This document shows positions 51,701-64,000 of a stretch of DNA of 64,000 nt, one piece after another. The notes under the pieces are model-generated. The model did not search any database. It saw nothing but the letters and a program-made list of their open reading frames with translations, and had not been told where the DNA came from. A program made the translations under genes and the position numbers. The stretch lies in NCBI GenBank assembly GCA_013265495.1, contig MU058824.1, forward strand, positions 3,871,111 through 3,935,110, written 5' to 3'. How positions within the stretch are numbered: position 1 is the stretch's first letter; each line of letters opens with the position of its first letter. This DNA comes from Vicugna vicugna (Eukaryota).

Positions 51701-52635
51701 TGAGCTTTAAGACCCAGGCAGGTTCTTTGACCCTTTGTATTCCTAGCCTCAGCACATGGCATGTCCCACATTTACTCGTTGAATTCCAGAATAAATAAAT
51801 AAATAAACGAAAAGTGGCTGCGGTTAAAAAAAAAAAGTAAAAAAATACAATATTTCATGGAAACGTTCCCAACGGCTTAATACTAAGAGATGAATGAAGA
51901 TAACCTAGTTAAGGGTGACATTCTTACACACTGGGCTGGGCTAGACCCGTGCAGAGGCAGGCTGCCCAAGGGAGAAGCAGAGCATCACGGTTAACCCAGA
52001 CTCTGGAGCCAGACAGTTTAGTTATTTCCTAATTACGAACTTAACAGCTCTGTGACTTTGGCTAAGTTATCTCTCTTGCTGTGCCTTAGTTGCCCACCTG
52101 TAAAATGGGAGGGGAGGGGTGATAAAATAGTATGTACATATCACATGGGGTTGTTCTTTGTAAGGTACTTAAAGTGGTGCTTAGCACAGAGTGATGAGCC
52201 ATCACCCCAACTTTTCTTTGATCCATGCAGGACTGGCCTTTCTGTGTCTCATCCTCCTTCTCCCACCACATACTCCTCACCCCTCACCTCCACAACCAAG
52301 CTATGTGGGGTTGGTGGGGACCCCTGATGGCCAAGACATGGACCTTTCTGACCACTACAGTGTCAGCGCCTCCTTCCTTATTTAACCTGCATGAGAATAT
52401 TATGTATATCAAACACCCCCCCTCTCCTTGAGGACACAAGGAGGCACAACCCAGTTGACACCACCTCAGATGCCCTCTCATACATAAACGTGCATCCTCT
52501 CTAACTTTTGTCCAGTTAGTTTTAATTAAACTTCGTCTTTTGTCTCTGTTATCTTTTCTTCTGCCCTAACCTACCTTGTTTTGTTCCACCTGAAACTACT
52601 GAGTGTTTTGGCAGATAAGCTTAATAGTAATGCTA

Positions 52636-52845
52636 TGCTGCACTGTCCACTATAGCAGCCACTAAGCACAAGTGGCCATTCGCATTTAAATGTAAATTCA
52701 TTAAAATGAAATAAAATAAAAATTTTGTTTCCTCTGTTGCACTACCCACATTTCAAGTGTACAATAGCTACAGGTGGCTAGTGGTCACTGCGTTGCATAC
52801 AGAACATTTCTATCATTTGCACAAAGTTCTATCATAAGAACTGCT
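52636..52845. mobile_element. MER3/MER33-like hAT-Charlie MITE
   Basis: ctgtccactatagcagccactaagcacaagtggccatt...cacatttcaagtgtacaatagctacaggtggctagtgg...aaagttctat. Confidence 0.8.
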
Positions 52846-55800
52846 CTCTATTCCTCTAAATAAGAGAGAAATATAATTTCAACTTCTAAAAGGAAGAGAC
52901 CTAATAAAGAATTAGTTGTTTCCTTATCTCTCTCTATAAATACACAGCTGACAAGGGGACAGCTTGTGTGTGAGGGCCCCACCTGCCCCTGCTCCCAGGT
53001 GACTGGACCAGAGGCAGATACCTTACATAAGCTGACCCAGCAGATTCTCTCCCCTGAGACTTTGTAATCAGAACCCTCTGGCTCTGGCCAATCAGCCTCG
53101 GGGATTGGAGTAGGAACATCTTGGAGGCTTGAGGGCTCAAGCTGCCATTTTCTGGATGCCTCGATGGGTCATGTGGGACAAGCCAGTTTGCTGAGCCAGC
53201 AGAATGAACTAGGAGTCCAAGAGACAAAAAAGTAAGAAACCAAGCAGTCTGTGGTGGAGGGCTGCGGGGGAAGCTGGCAAAGTGGAAAAGTAGATGGGTG
53301 CCGGGCCAGTTTCCAGTGTCTCGACAACTCCTCCTTTTTACCTGGGCTCCAAGTGGGTTTCCAAACCTCGCCTCGAAACGGTCCCTGACCGGGCTCACTG
53401 TGTCTCAAAACAGAGCTCTGACCAAGTGATAGGTTGACTTTGCCTTTGCCATCCTGCTCCCAGGATTAACTTGTGTGAACACCATATGATGGCCTGAGGG
53501 ACCCAGGGAAGGAAACTGCATCTGTAGGGACTCAGAAATCGCTGTTATGTATATCCTGGGTTTCTCCAGCATGCCAGGCTCTGAGTAAAGCACAGAGGGA
53601 TGTCCTTCTCCTTTTGTTTCCCAATCCTAACCAGACTTCAGGGCTCTGCTCAATGCCACTGCCTCCTGGAAGACGTCCCAGATCTAGGCATGCACACACA
53701 CCTTGGCCAGAGGCAGGCGTTCCCTCTCCCAGACTGCTGTGGGATGGCCTCTGTACCTCTATTTGGTACATTCCTACTTTCTGCCTATATTTCACCTCTG
53801 TGCATCCTGGGCTCATCCTTTAATAATATGTGAGGTGGGACAGAAGCTGGTTCCTGCTCACCTAGCTCACTGTCCAGTGTCCAGCACCAAGCCGGTGATG
53901 ACTACTTTTGGTTGAATTACTTGATATACACTTAGACCGTATTTTGGTCTCCAACATATCTAACCTTGCACGTGCACTCATCCAAAGCTGTGGAGTCAAA
54001 AACCAGGTCTCCAGAATGCTCTGGGGTACAGTTAGGCGCAACTCCTCACTTTGTGAAAGAGGGCATAGAGGCTGGGTGAAGTAGCCAGAAGAGGCCGCTT
54101 GACTTTCTGCCTTCCCTATCCATCTCACTTCTCCTGGAAGCCAACCCAGGGACCCTCAGTTGTAATAAACACCTTATCCTTCTCAACACACCCCTAGCTC
54201 TTTGAGATGTTATTCTGAGCAATGGTGGCCTAGAGAGGGCATCCCAAATAAAGAAGTAAGGAGAAGCCCCCATTAGGTCTGGATGGCAGGTTTCTATGGA
54301 GATTGCCTGAGTGAGGGTTTGGGTCAGTGTCACTGGTTTGACTGATTTGTGTATTGAAGTGATTGATGAGACATAATTACACTGATGGGGCCTCTAATAT
54401 GGGGAATTCAGGTATTTGTCCCAAATGTCCATGGTGATAAACAGCTAAGGGGTGGCTTGGCATTACCTTCAGGAGGATGGGTCCTCCATCAGCTCTCTAA
54501 GTCTAAGCTGTCCTAATTAAAAACATTCCACATAAGGGTCAAATATTCATCACCAAACAATTATAAACAATTTTGCTATAATGGGGACCAGACCAACCTC
54601 TGATACCCATGGCATAGCTTACGTGTAAACTAAATTAGTGACATTGGAATTTAGATCAGGGATGCTATATACGTTTCATCTCACAATGCTCATTGTTTGG
54701 AGGCAGGATTCTGAGGCCCAGAGTAAGGTGCTGATGAATGACCTGAACTTCACAGAGTGAAAATCAGGACATGAAGAAAGGTCACTCCAGGCAAAGGGGT
54801 CAGGACCAGCAAAGGCTCAGCCACACGGTTCATCCATGGGAACATCCACACCAAGAACCCTGGGAGCCCTTGGCTCCTGATCCAAAAGAGACCACAAGCC
54901 TGGGTGTCCAGGTGCAGTCTAATGACAACAGATGGGAAATTTGGAGTGAGAGTATTTGGACATGAGAGGCACGCTTTGAGGACAGCGGTGGCCCAGAGGC
55001 CTCTGTCAGCAATGACGGCAGGGAACCCTGAGGAGAGATGGCTGCAGTGCGATTCTGCAAGGTCACTGTGACCCCCTCCTGCCAGTGGCTCCCTCTTCTT
55101 ACCCAGGGGGGCAGGCCCGTGCCTGCTTCATCAAGGAACTCAATGTTCATTAAGGCTGCGATTCCCAGCCTGGCAGGCAGTGCCAACGGGTGGTCCCCTA
55201 AGCCTTTCACACGTCTGTCTATCTGTCCATCCCAGAGAGCGTCTAAGTCCTGGGCCAAAGGAAGCCCTGGGCATGGCACCGTGGCCCTCCCCCCAGAAGG
55301 CTCCTTCCACGGGGTCGGGGGTGGGGGGACCTGCAGCCCCACTCCTGTCCTCCTCTCCCACCACTCCCTCACCTGAAGGCCGACACAAGACTCCAGGATT
55401 TGAATAAAATAAAAACTGACAGTGTGGAGCCCTGTTCAGGGCTGAGCTACGAAGGATTCACGCAATTATCTTTGTCAGAATTCATTTTGTCAGTGCCCCT
55501 CTTCTCTTCAGGGTGCGGCTACTAATACCTCTCGAAAGTTTGAGGAGACAGGATAAAAGGAGGGAAGTACCAAGAGCATCTCCAGATTAGAACCAACCAG
55601 ACACAGGGCAAGCAAGGGCAAAGGGCCCTAACCCAGAGAAGTGAGGGGAGAGGAGGCTCTTGGGCTGCAGAAAGTCCCAGAATCACTGTGGGAAGGGACC
55701 TTAGAGGCAACTGGTCCGGCCCGATGTCAATCCCCCACTCCTCAGTCCCCCAGTTTAGGGACTGGGGCCCATCAGAGCTGAGACCACTGTGACATTCCGG

Positions 55801-56169
55801 GGGCATGGGCAGCTCCTGCACTGTTCCCTCAGCGTCTGGCCTAGAACAGTCCAGGGAAGGGCAGCCCTGGCTCTGGCACAGCCATGCACAGGGTATCCCT
55901 ACCATCCCCTGTATCCCTCACAGTGAGCACACTTCCCCCACCAGTGGAGCCCCGATGTGCTAATGATCCCCAAAGTGATCCATCCAGCCCATGCTTTTTT
56001 CCTGCCCTCCAGACCTGGGTGTCCAAGTTCACTGGCCTTGCCTGCCTGGGGGGCTAACAGGATCCGAACTTAACCCATGGAGGGTGGGCACCTGGTCTTC
56101 TTCCCCTGTTTCCATACCTAGGATTCCTTGTCTCAGGAAATTGCAACTCTGTGCTTTGAGCTGCTCACT

Positions 56170-57415
56170 CTAAAATCCTCAGAATCTTCTTTGCTTCCTC
56201 TGTTTCTCTCAAACCCCATACTGAGTCTGTCAGCAAACGGCATCAGCTCTGCTTTCAAAATCTGTCCAGAATCTGACCACCTCTCACATCACCACCACTG
56301 CTGCCACCCAGTCTGCGCCACCTCCAACCCCAACCTGGAGAGCCTGCTCCCTGTTCCTCCTATGGTTTCCTCCCCCAACCCACCCCCTGGCAGCCTGAGC
56401 TCTCCTTTAAAAGCCTATATCCAGTTACGCCACTCTTCTTCTCCAAACCCTCCAGTGTCTCCCAGCACCTCTCAGAGGCTCAGTGGGGTCTTCATGCTGA
56501 TCTGCAAGGCTTGGCCCCCAGACGCCCCTCAAGAATAAGGGGTTCATTCCTTAGATGCTGGGAGCAGCACCCACCCACAGCCCACAGCCATCACCCCCGC
56601 AGGGACTGGCTTAGCTGAAGAAAGTCTCCTCGCCTAGGGTCACACCCCCTTCCCAGCGCTGCCGGCACCCAGTGCCTAATCAACACCAGGCTGTAAGGTC
56701 CAGCTGTCTTGCCCCAACTTGGGACACCTGTGACAGGTTAGCCCATCTTCAGACCCCCCTGCAGGGCTGGCTGAGGCTTCCAATGAGACTGTATCCCTGC
56801 TCGACTGTTCTGCCTTGTCCTGCTTCCTCCCCTCCTTCCACCGCCCTCTACAGCTGTGATCCCAACAGCATCTCCTGCTAAACCTGCCCACGAGTCCCCA
56901 TCTCAGCCGCTGCTTCCTGGGGAACCCAACGTGTGACAAAAGGCCTGTGAGACTGGCCCTCTTTTCCTTGTCTGACCTCAGTTCCCACCCTCCTCCCCTC
57001 ACTCCCTCTGCCCCAGCCACACTGGCCTCCTTGCTCTTCCTTGAACATAAGAGCATCCTCCCGCCTCAGGGCCTCTGTCCTTGCTCTTCCCTCAGCCTGG
57101 GAGGCTCTGCCCCTATATTCACATGGCTCACTCCTCTTCTCCTTCATGTCTTTACTCAAACGTCACCTTCTCAGGGAGCCCCCACCCCAGCCATCCTATC
57201 TGCAATTGCAAAACACCTAACACTTCCTATCTCCCTCCCTGTTTTATTTTCCTCCTTAGCCCTTATTACTATATAATGCACCATACACTGTGTTTGGTTC
57301 ATTGTCTCCCCCAACTAGAGCATAAACTCCATGAGGGCAGGGATCTTTGTCTGTTTTATTCAAGGTGCCTAGATCAGCACCTGGCACACAGTAATATGTG
57401 TTGAAAGAATGAATT
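56170..57415 (+). mobile_element. L2 3' region, split by an LTR
   Basis: ttcaaaatctgtccagaatctgaccac...ccagccacactggcctccttgctcttccttgaaca...aaactccatgagggcaggg...gttgaaagaatgaat. Confidence 0.8.
56511..56938 (+). mobile_element. ERVL LTR (LTR16-like) nested in L2
   Basis: Ends catctcagccgctgcttcctggggaacccaacgtgtgaca, typical of the LTR16 3' end. aaggc occurs on both sides. Confidence 0.65.
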
Positions 57416-58138
57416 AGATTCAGTGTCATGAAATCCAACCATCCATTCTTCAAGCATTTACTGAGCATCTTCTCTGGACACACCAGACTAGGTATTGTGG
57501 GAAACTCACAAACACACACCACAATCCTCTCCACCAGTGGTTTCATGGTCCAGAAAGAACTGGAACCGCGGGCTGAGAGGTCTCAGAGGAGCCGAAGATC
57601 CCTGCCAGTGGTGAATGGACCACAGCAGGGGCTTCCTAGAAGAGGGGCATGGCACTGCCCAGGCAGGACAGGGAGGACTTGAAGAAGGAAAAGTGGAGGG
57701 AGGACACCCAGGCAGAGCGGAGGTAGGAGGGAAGGTGTGAGGCTGGGTGTAGGGGAGGGACAGCTCAAAGAGGACAGAGCTTTGGGGAACACTGGGAGAG
57801 ATTCCTGGGAAGGTCAGTGGGGTCAGCAGATGAAGATGTTGGACCTCTGCCCTGCGGACAATGGCAGAACACCCAAAGGCAGAAGACTGACGTGGTCACA
57901 AATGCTCCACTTTACAGGCTGAGAGGGCAGCCATCTAAAGACAGAGGAGAGGACCCAGAAGGATCATCACAAGCAGGTTGTGTGAAAGGAGCACTAACAT
58001 GGGTGTCCAGTGTCATCGCTAATTACGCAGGTGATGTTTAGTCATCCCAAGCCATGTTTCCTCCCTCTTGGCCCAACGGTACCTGTCATCGAATCTCAGA
58101 ATCACTGAGCTGCCAGGGACCTTAGAGGTCACCTAGTC

Positions 58139-58345
58139 CAGGTTCCCAAACTCCAGGCTGGGAAATCAATTTACTGAGCTGAGAGTGTTTTAAAAATGAA
58201 ATAGAAGAGAAGGGCTATGTCAGAGTACATCACTCGCGGTAAAGGTAAAATTGCTTTGTGAAATTTTGGTTCAGGTGTGTGTGTGCTGGTTCAAAATACA
58301 AATCCATTTCCATGGGTCACAGTAATAAATATTTGAAAGCCACTG
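58139..58345. mobile_element. hAT-Charlie-type MITE inserted in a CR1/L3 remnant
   Basis: Imperfect TIRs caggttcccaaa / tttgaaagccactg and 8-bp flanks acctagtc / atttagtc. Confidence 0.6.
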
Positions 58346-59076
58346 ATTTAGTCCACTCCTTGCACTCAGGGTGAATCACCTTTACAGCATTCCCAATAAA
58401 AGGCACAGCCGCTCTCGCTCACCTCCGGGAACAAGATGCTGACCCCTCCCAAGGCAAAAGCCCCTTCCATTGTTGACTGCTCTGTGCATTAGAAGCACTT
58501 CTTCATTCCAAACTGTCTCTTGTTCTCCTGCCCATTGGTCTTCCCTAGCTCTCTCCCCCAGATAAACCTAACCCCACTTTAGATAACAGCCTTAAGAGAG
58601 TTGAAGACAGCTCTGCAGGCCTCTTGGCCTTGTTCTTTTGAACTTTAAGGCTCATCCACTTCTGTTGCTTGCCCAGCACTCCCTCTCCATGAAGCAAGAC
58701 CCAGGTCTTCAATCTGGGCCACCACCTCTGCCCAACCCACAACCTCCATGGTTTGAGGGGGCCTGACCCCATCCCCTGGCTCCAGGGATGGCCAATGTGA
58801 GCACCACAGTGCCCTTGCTCAAGGGGACTGGCTCCAGAGTGATCACATGGTCCAAGTGAGCCAATCAAAGGCAACCAGGGACTTTTGCTGAAACTATAAA
58901 AAGATAGTACAATGGTAAGATGGTGAACTCTAAGCCTAGATCTGCACTGACCATCTTTGCCAAAGCCTAGGGAAAATCTGCCATGAAATGAAGCCAACAC
59001 AGAGGAAAGTAAAGGATACTGGAAGAGACAAAGAAAGAGAAATACACACACACACACACAGAATGAATGATAGCTG

Positions 59077-59550
59077 CTGTTATGGGCTGAATTGTGTCTC
59101 CCTCCAAATTATGTCAAAGTCCTAACCTTCAATACTTCAGAATATGACTTATTTGGAAATAAGTTCTTCACCGAGGTAATTAAGTACAAATGAGGTCATT
59201 AGGGCGAGTTCTAATCCAATATGCCTGGTGTCTTTATAAAGAGGGAAAGTTTGGACACAGAGACAAACCTAGACAGAGGGGAAGCGCTATGAGGACACAC
59301 AGGGAGGCCGCCAGGTAAGGATGGAGGACGGGAGTGGTGCATCTGCGAGCCAAGGAAGGCCAAGCACTTCCAGCAAACTACCAGACGCCGGGGTAAGCAA
59401 GGAAGGACTCCACTGCAGATTTCAGAGGGAGCAGGGCCCTGCTGACTCCTTGCCTTCAGATTTCTAGCCTCCAGACCTATGAGACAGTATATTCCTGTCA
59501 TTTTAAGCCACCCAGTTTGTAGTGCTTTGTTACAGCAGCCCAGGCTACTC
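59077..59550 (+). mobile_element. MLT1C-type solo LTR
   Basis: tgttatgggctgaattgtgtctccc...gacttatttggaaataag...ttttaagccacccagtttgtagtgctttgttacagcagcc. Confidence 0.88.
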
Positions 59551-59559
59551 CTACTTTTG

Positions 59560-59770
59560 TAGCATCTGCTGTGTGTTCCACCCCGACGTTAGCACTTTAC
59601 ATTCATTAACTCATTCAGTAGTCACAGTGGCCCTAGAAAGTCATACTGTTTTTATCCCTATTTTACGAATGAGGAAATTGAGGCACAGAGATGTTAAATT
59701 ACTTGTCCGAGGTCACATAACTTCTAAGAGGTGAGGCCAGGATTCGAATGCAGGCAGTGTCTGATCCGAG
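59560..59770 (-). mobile_element. MIR SINE
   Basis: cctattttacgaatgaggaaattgaggcacagagatgttaaattacttgtccgaggtcaca. Confidence 0.85.
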
Positions 59771-62700
59771 GGCATTACTGCCCATCAGGAGAGATGGTGT
59801 CCTGATGACACTGTTGAGGCTCTGGGTCCAACGGCCTGAGCCCAGTTATGGGAACCAATAAATACCCAGGTTTTGGCTCAAGCCCTTTGATTTGGGTTTC
59901 TATCACTAACCAACCCACACCATAGGCATCCCAACTCTGTAGACCTTGCTCTACAACCTGGTTCCCAGATGCTTTGTCATCCTGCCCTCTCCATCCCTCC
60001 CCTGGGCACACTGCAAATGGGAGACGTCCTTAATTTCTTGCCTTGTTACAAACCAAGTTTCTTAAAAATGACACACTGGCTCTCTGGATGGTTTTCATGA
60101 GCCAAAAGGCAGAGAGTGGCTATTAAGGAGCAGCAAGAGGGCTTAAGGGGGTTTTCTGAAAAATTCCAGAGGAATTCTCCCTTCTGAGTTTGAGACTGAG
60201 AGAATTTGAAGCAAGAGGAATGAGGACAAACATGCACAAAGTTCACATGGGATTTCAGGGAACTGGGCATCAACAAACTTTAGGGGTTGACTGGGAGAGG
60301 TATTACAGAGGGAGGTGGAGGGAGGAGAAGGGAGAGGAGATAGGGGATAACAGGGGAGGAGGAGAGGGTACCTCTCCAATAGCTCCCTTTCCCAGTGCCT
60401 CTCCAGGTCCCATCAATCATTTCTTTCTAAGCATCTCTCCAATCTGGCCCTTAATCTCTTACAAGAAAAACTTGGGGCTGAAAAAGTTTCACAAAAAGAT
60501 AGTGAATGTGCTCAAAAGGGAACGAGGCTTCCTGAAGAACAGTAGAGCAGCAGTCTGGAGCACCACGGGCTGAGAGAACACAAGATCACATTCTAGAATC
60601 CCCAGAGAGCCAGAGAAGAGGCACAGGGAACTCCCCATCAGCTCCCAACCCAGTGCCTAGGAAGCAGCCTGTCCTAGAAAGTGAAAGACAAAGTTTCAAA
60701 TCCTAAAACAGTCTATGAATGAAAAAATGAATAATAAATTTTAATAACTCAGAATGTCATGCAACACGTTGAAGACAGATTTAGAGCATTTCAGAGGCCT
60801 CTGGTGGAAGCAGTTTGGTAATGCTGATTGGTCTTCATGTTGATGACAGACAGGGATGGATACAGACCAAAGCAAGAAAGCAGAAGGAAACTGGAAGGGA
60901 GGACAGGAGACAGAAGACGTGAGACAAGAGAGGACAGGAGAGACGGAACAGAAAATGAAAGGGAAAAATAAATCACAGAAGGGTTGGGATGGAAAGAGAA
61001 CTGGTGGGGGACTGGCAGAGGGGCACATATTGCCCTTTATGAAGGCAAAGATGCCCAGACAAGGGAAGGGCCCATGCAGCGGCATCTAAGGACACACAGA
61101 GGAGGCTGACAAATGCTACTAGCAAAGGACTATCTCAGTTGATAACCCTTGTTAAACAGAACTTCACAAACAGCTTAATTTGAATTTCCAATGCTTGATA
61201 GATTTCAAACCCAGAACAATTATTTCTGATGTAAAGGATCAATAAACAGTTTCCTGGGCTGAATCCCAGGGAAACAGGGGTGCTTCCAACAGGGTGGCTA
61301 GGATTAAAACTCCTTCAAGTGCCGAATAAACAGGGTCTTATCTCTTTTTAAAACACTTTTTCATAAGGCAAAGGTTAGCTTTGTAAGGAAAGGCAGGAGG
61401 GAAATTAATCTAACTCCCTGTGACCTCCGCAGGCTGGGTCTGAATTACATTTCCACATGGCCTGTGAAGATCTTTCACGTCTCGCGCTCCATTAGTTGGT
61501 GTACTTAGCAAAGGTCGCGTAATGAGCAGACATACTGTCTAGTCCAGAATGTGATCCTGCCGCCCAGTCCCTTCCTGCCTCCCTGGTGTGTGTCTGTGGG
61601 AGGTCACCGGCCGGGGCTGAGCCAACCCTTCAAGACCTCATCCCAAAGCACCCCTTCCCCCAAGAACGATGGATGTTACCATTGTCACCACTGCTCCGAT
61701 GGCCCAGGTTTCCTGTGCCTCCCTGCTCTGGGGCCAGAGGGAGTTGAACAGAAGCCCTGAGTTTCTTATACTCCTAAGGGGAAAATCACGTGCACCTTTC
61801 AGGAACTGCTTTATACCGAGCAAACCTGCTAGCTACAAGTCAAAAGATGAAGGAGGAAGAGGAGGAGGAAATGGGTAGGGAAGCCAGTGCGATAGGAAAG
61901 CTTCGGGTCCCCTCAGACCCAGAGCGTTCTGTTTGTTGGTCTCCTCCATGGTGATGTCCACATTCATGTGGGTCCAAAACTTTTCAGCCCACTTTGTTCC
62001 ATTCTTTTACCTTCAGAGTGGGGTCAGAGTTCTTCTGCCTTTCAGGAGATGGCATGAACCCAAAGGAAGGACACAAGCTTATATTGGATAATAACAACAT
62101 ACACTTATATTCCTTCTTCAGGAGCTGAATGTCCCTGTGCTGGGGACAGACGGAGATGAACTGGGTCTGACCTTGCCCCTAAGGAGTTTAAAATTGAGGA
62201 GAGGTGGATGTATAAATCATTGAATGGCACACAAAGGACTAGAGAAGCCTGCCATGGCCTCCCTACCCACCCACTGACCTCTGGAGAGAATCAGCCCCCT
62301 GGTTCGCTGGGGTCATCTAGGCATGTTCAACCTGCTTATGAAGTGGAATTCAGCTTGTTCTCCTCCTCTCTCTCTTTCCCCCACCCCTCCTCTCTCTGAC
62401 ACTTGCTACATTAGAAGTCATCTATCCATCCATTGGGTTGTGTTTTCTCTAGTTCCTTCCCTCACCACTAGTTTGGAAGTTATACATTCTCTTCCCAGTC
62501 TTTTAGTGTTACCCTTTCAACACTTAAATATATATTCAATTTCACACTTTTCTAACAGCCTAAAGGGAATCGGTATCTTCCTCCTCCTCCCTTCATGGTC
62601 CCCACACTTCAGTCCTCTTTAGAATTAAAGCTAGTTTTCAAACGCCAAAGGTATTGCAGTTGTGTTTTCATTGAGCACTGTGTGCAGCAGTGAGGAAGGC

Positions 62701-63339
62701 ATGGCAGGGACTAAGAAGACTATGTAGAGAAAACCAAGAGGGTGTTTCAGGTCCAAGGGCAGGACACAGAGCTAGTCACTGATCAGCCACCCGCTTTTTA
62801 GGAGAGAGGAACTTCAGGCCGCCTGCTCCCTGAGCCCTGGCCACCAACAGCCCAGTGCCTGAGTGAGGGCAAGCCTTTGTCCAACTCACCCTTGGGCTCC
62901 TCTTGGAGGGCAACCCCCACTGTGCCCCAGGGGTCCAAGCACATAATGGGGAGGGGCTCCCACACAGTTCTTTGGGGTGAAAACACACAGGAGCACCTTG
63001 GGCTGGGAGAGCACACTGACATCCTTGTGACACCCACTCAAAGGTTCTCAGCTCTCTCCTTTCCTTACACTCTGCCTTTCCAACTTACCAGGCCAAGAAT
63101 CACATCAGTGACAAACCCTCCCGAGGGAAAGAAAAGCCATGAGATGAGATATGAAATCAGAAAACAAGTTGAGAACCAGAGCCTGCAGCATGGGCAGGCC
63201 TTCATACCCCCAGAAGGCCCTTCAAAGGATCCACCCAAGTTTCCCCCACCTTGCCCACCTGTCTACTCACATTTGATATTCTGAAACCAGCTATTAACAT
63301 GAATCAAATATTTTTCATTCCCTACCTAGGATGTGGAGT

Positions 63340-63950
63340 GGTCTCTTTAAAATGTAAATTAGATTATGTTCTTGCCTTTATAAAGCCCTTTGATGACTTT
63401 CCACCCCCCCTTAAAATAAAATCCAAACTCTTTACGTGCCCACAGGGCCCTCTGTGGTCCTCCCGCCTGATGACGTGCTATCCTTTCCTGCCTCCCCTAC
63501 CCCAGCCTACATTGCAGCCCAGGCGTCCCTGGGAACGGCCAGTCTCACTCCCCGCTCACAGCCTTTGTGCACTCTGGTCCCTCAGACTAGAACAGCCCCT
63601 CCTCTGGCCTTGGCTCGCTTCTCCTCATCCTGCAATTTTCAATATAAATGTCACCTCCTTGGAGAAGCCTCCTTCTCCAACCACCCATTGAAATTAAGCA
63701 CCACCACCCTAATATTTTCTTTTCACAGCACCATCTTCCCATCTCTTTGTAGTATTTCCCTCAACACAGGTGATTTCTTATCCATCTGCTTGTTTCCTCG
63801 TTTACGGGTCAATCCTGCCCCATCAGGCTGCAAATTCCCCTGAAAAGAACCCTGTCTTGTTCACTACTGTTTCCTTAGCACCTAGAACAATGCCAGTACA
63901 TACAGGCTACTCAATAATTACTTGTTAACTGAATGAATTGATTGATTAAA
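63340..63950 (+). mobile_element. L2 3' region
   Basis: aaaataaaatccaaactcttta...aaatgtcacctcctt...agcacctagaacaatgcc...ctcaataattacttgttaactgaatgaat. Confidence 0.8.
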
Positions 63951-64000
63951 TAAGCATTTACTGAGCATTCCAGGGTTGTGGTGAAGAGCAAGTGAGATCG

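Overview
Mammalian genomic DNA, probably from a camelid, judging by five copies of a tRNA-derived SINE of the camelid Vic-1 type. The window holds the 3' end of PAX5 on the + strand. This comprises the tail of intron 8, exon 9 (2024-2110), a 6665-bp intron 9, the coding part of exon 10 (8776-8852), and a ~6.4-kb 3'UTR ending just after an AATAAA at 15278-15283. The remaining ~49 kb is gene-poor downstream DNA made of old eutherian repeats (MLT1 LTRs, L1, L2, CR1/L3, MIR, hAT MITEs) and several repeat-free, homeobox-motif-rich blocks that look like conserved enhancers. I found no convincing new protein-coding gene or novel multi-gene system; nearly all ORF-track entries are chance ORFs. The most interesting signals are a second open reading frame running through exons 9-10, a dense cluster of lymphoid miRNA seed sites in the distal UTR, a close match to the PAX2/5/8 binding consensus in a downstream block, and a SINE whose head is replaced by a compound trinucleotide repeat. 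Repeat family names and comparisons to human/mouse come from memory, not database searches.
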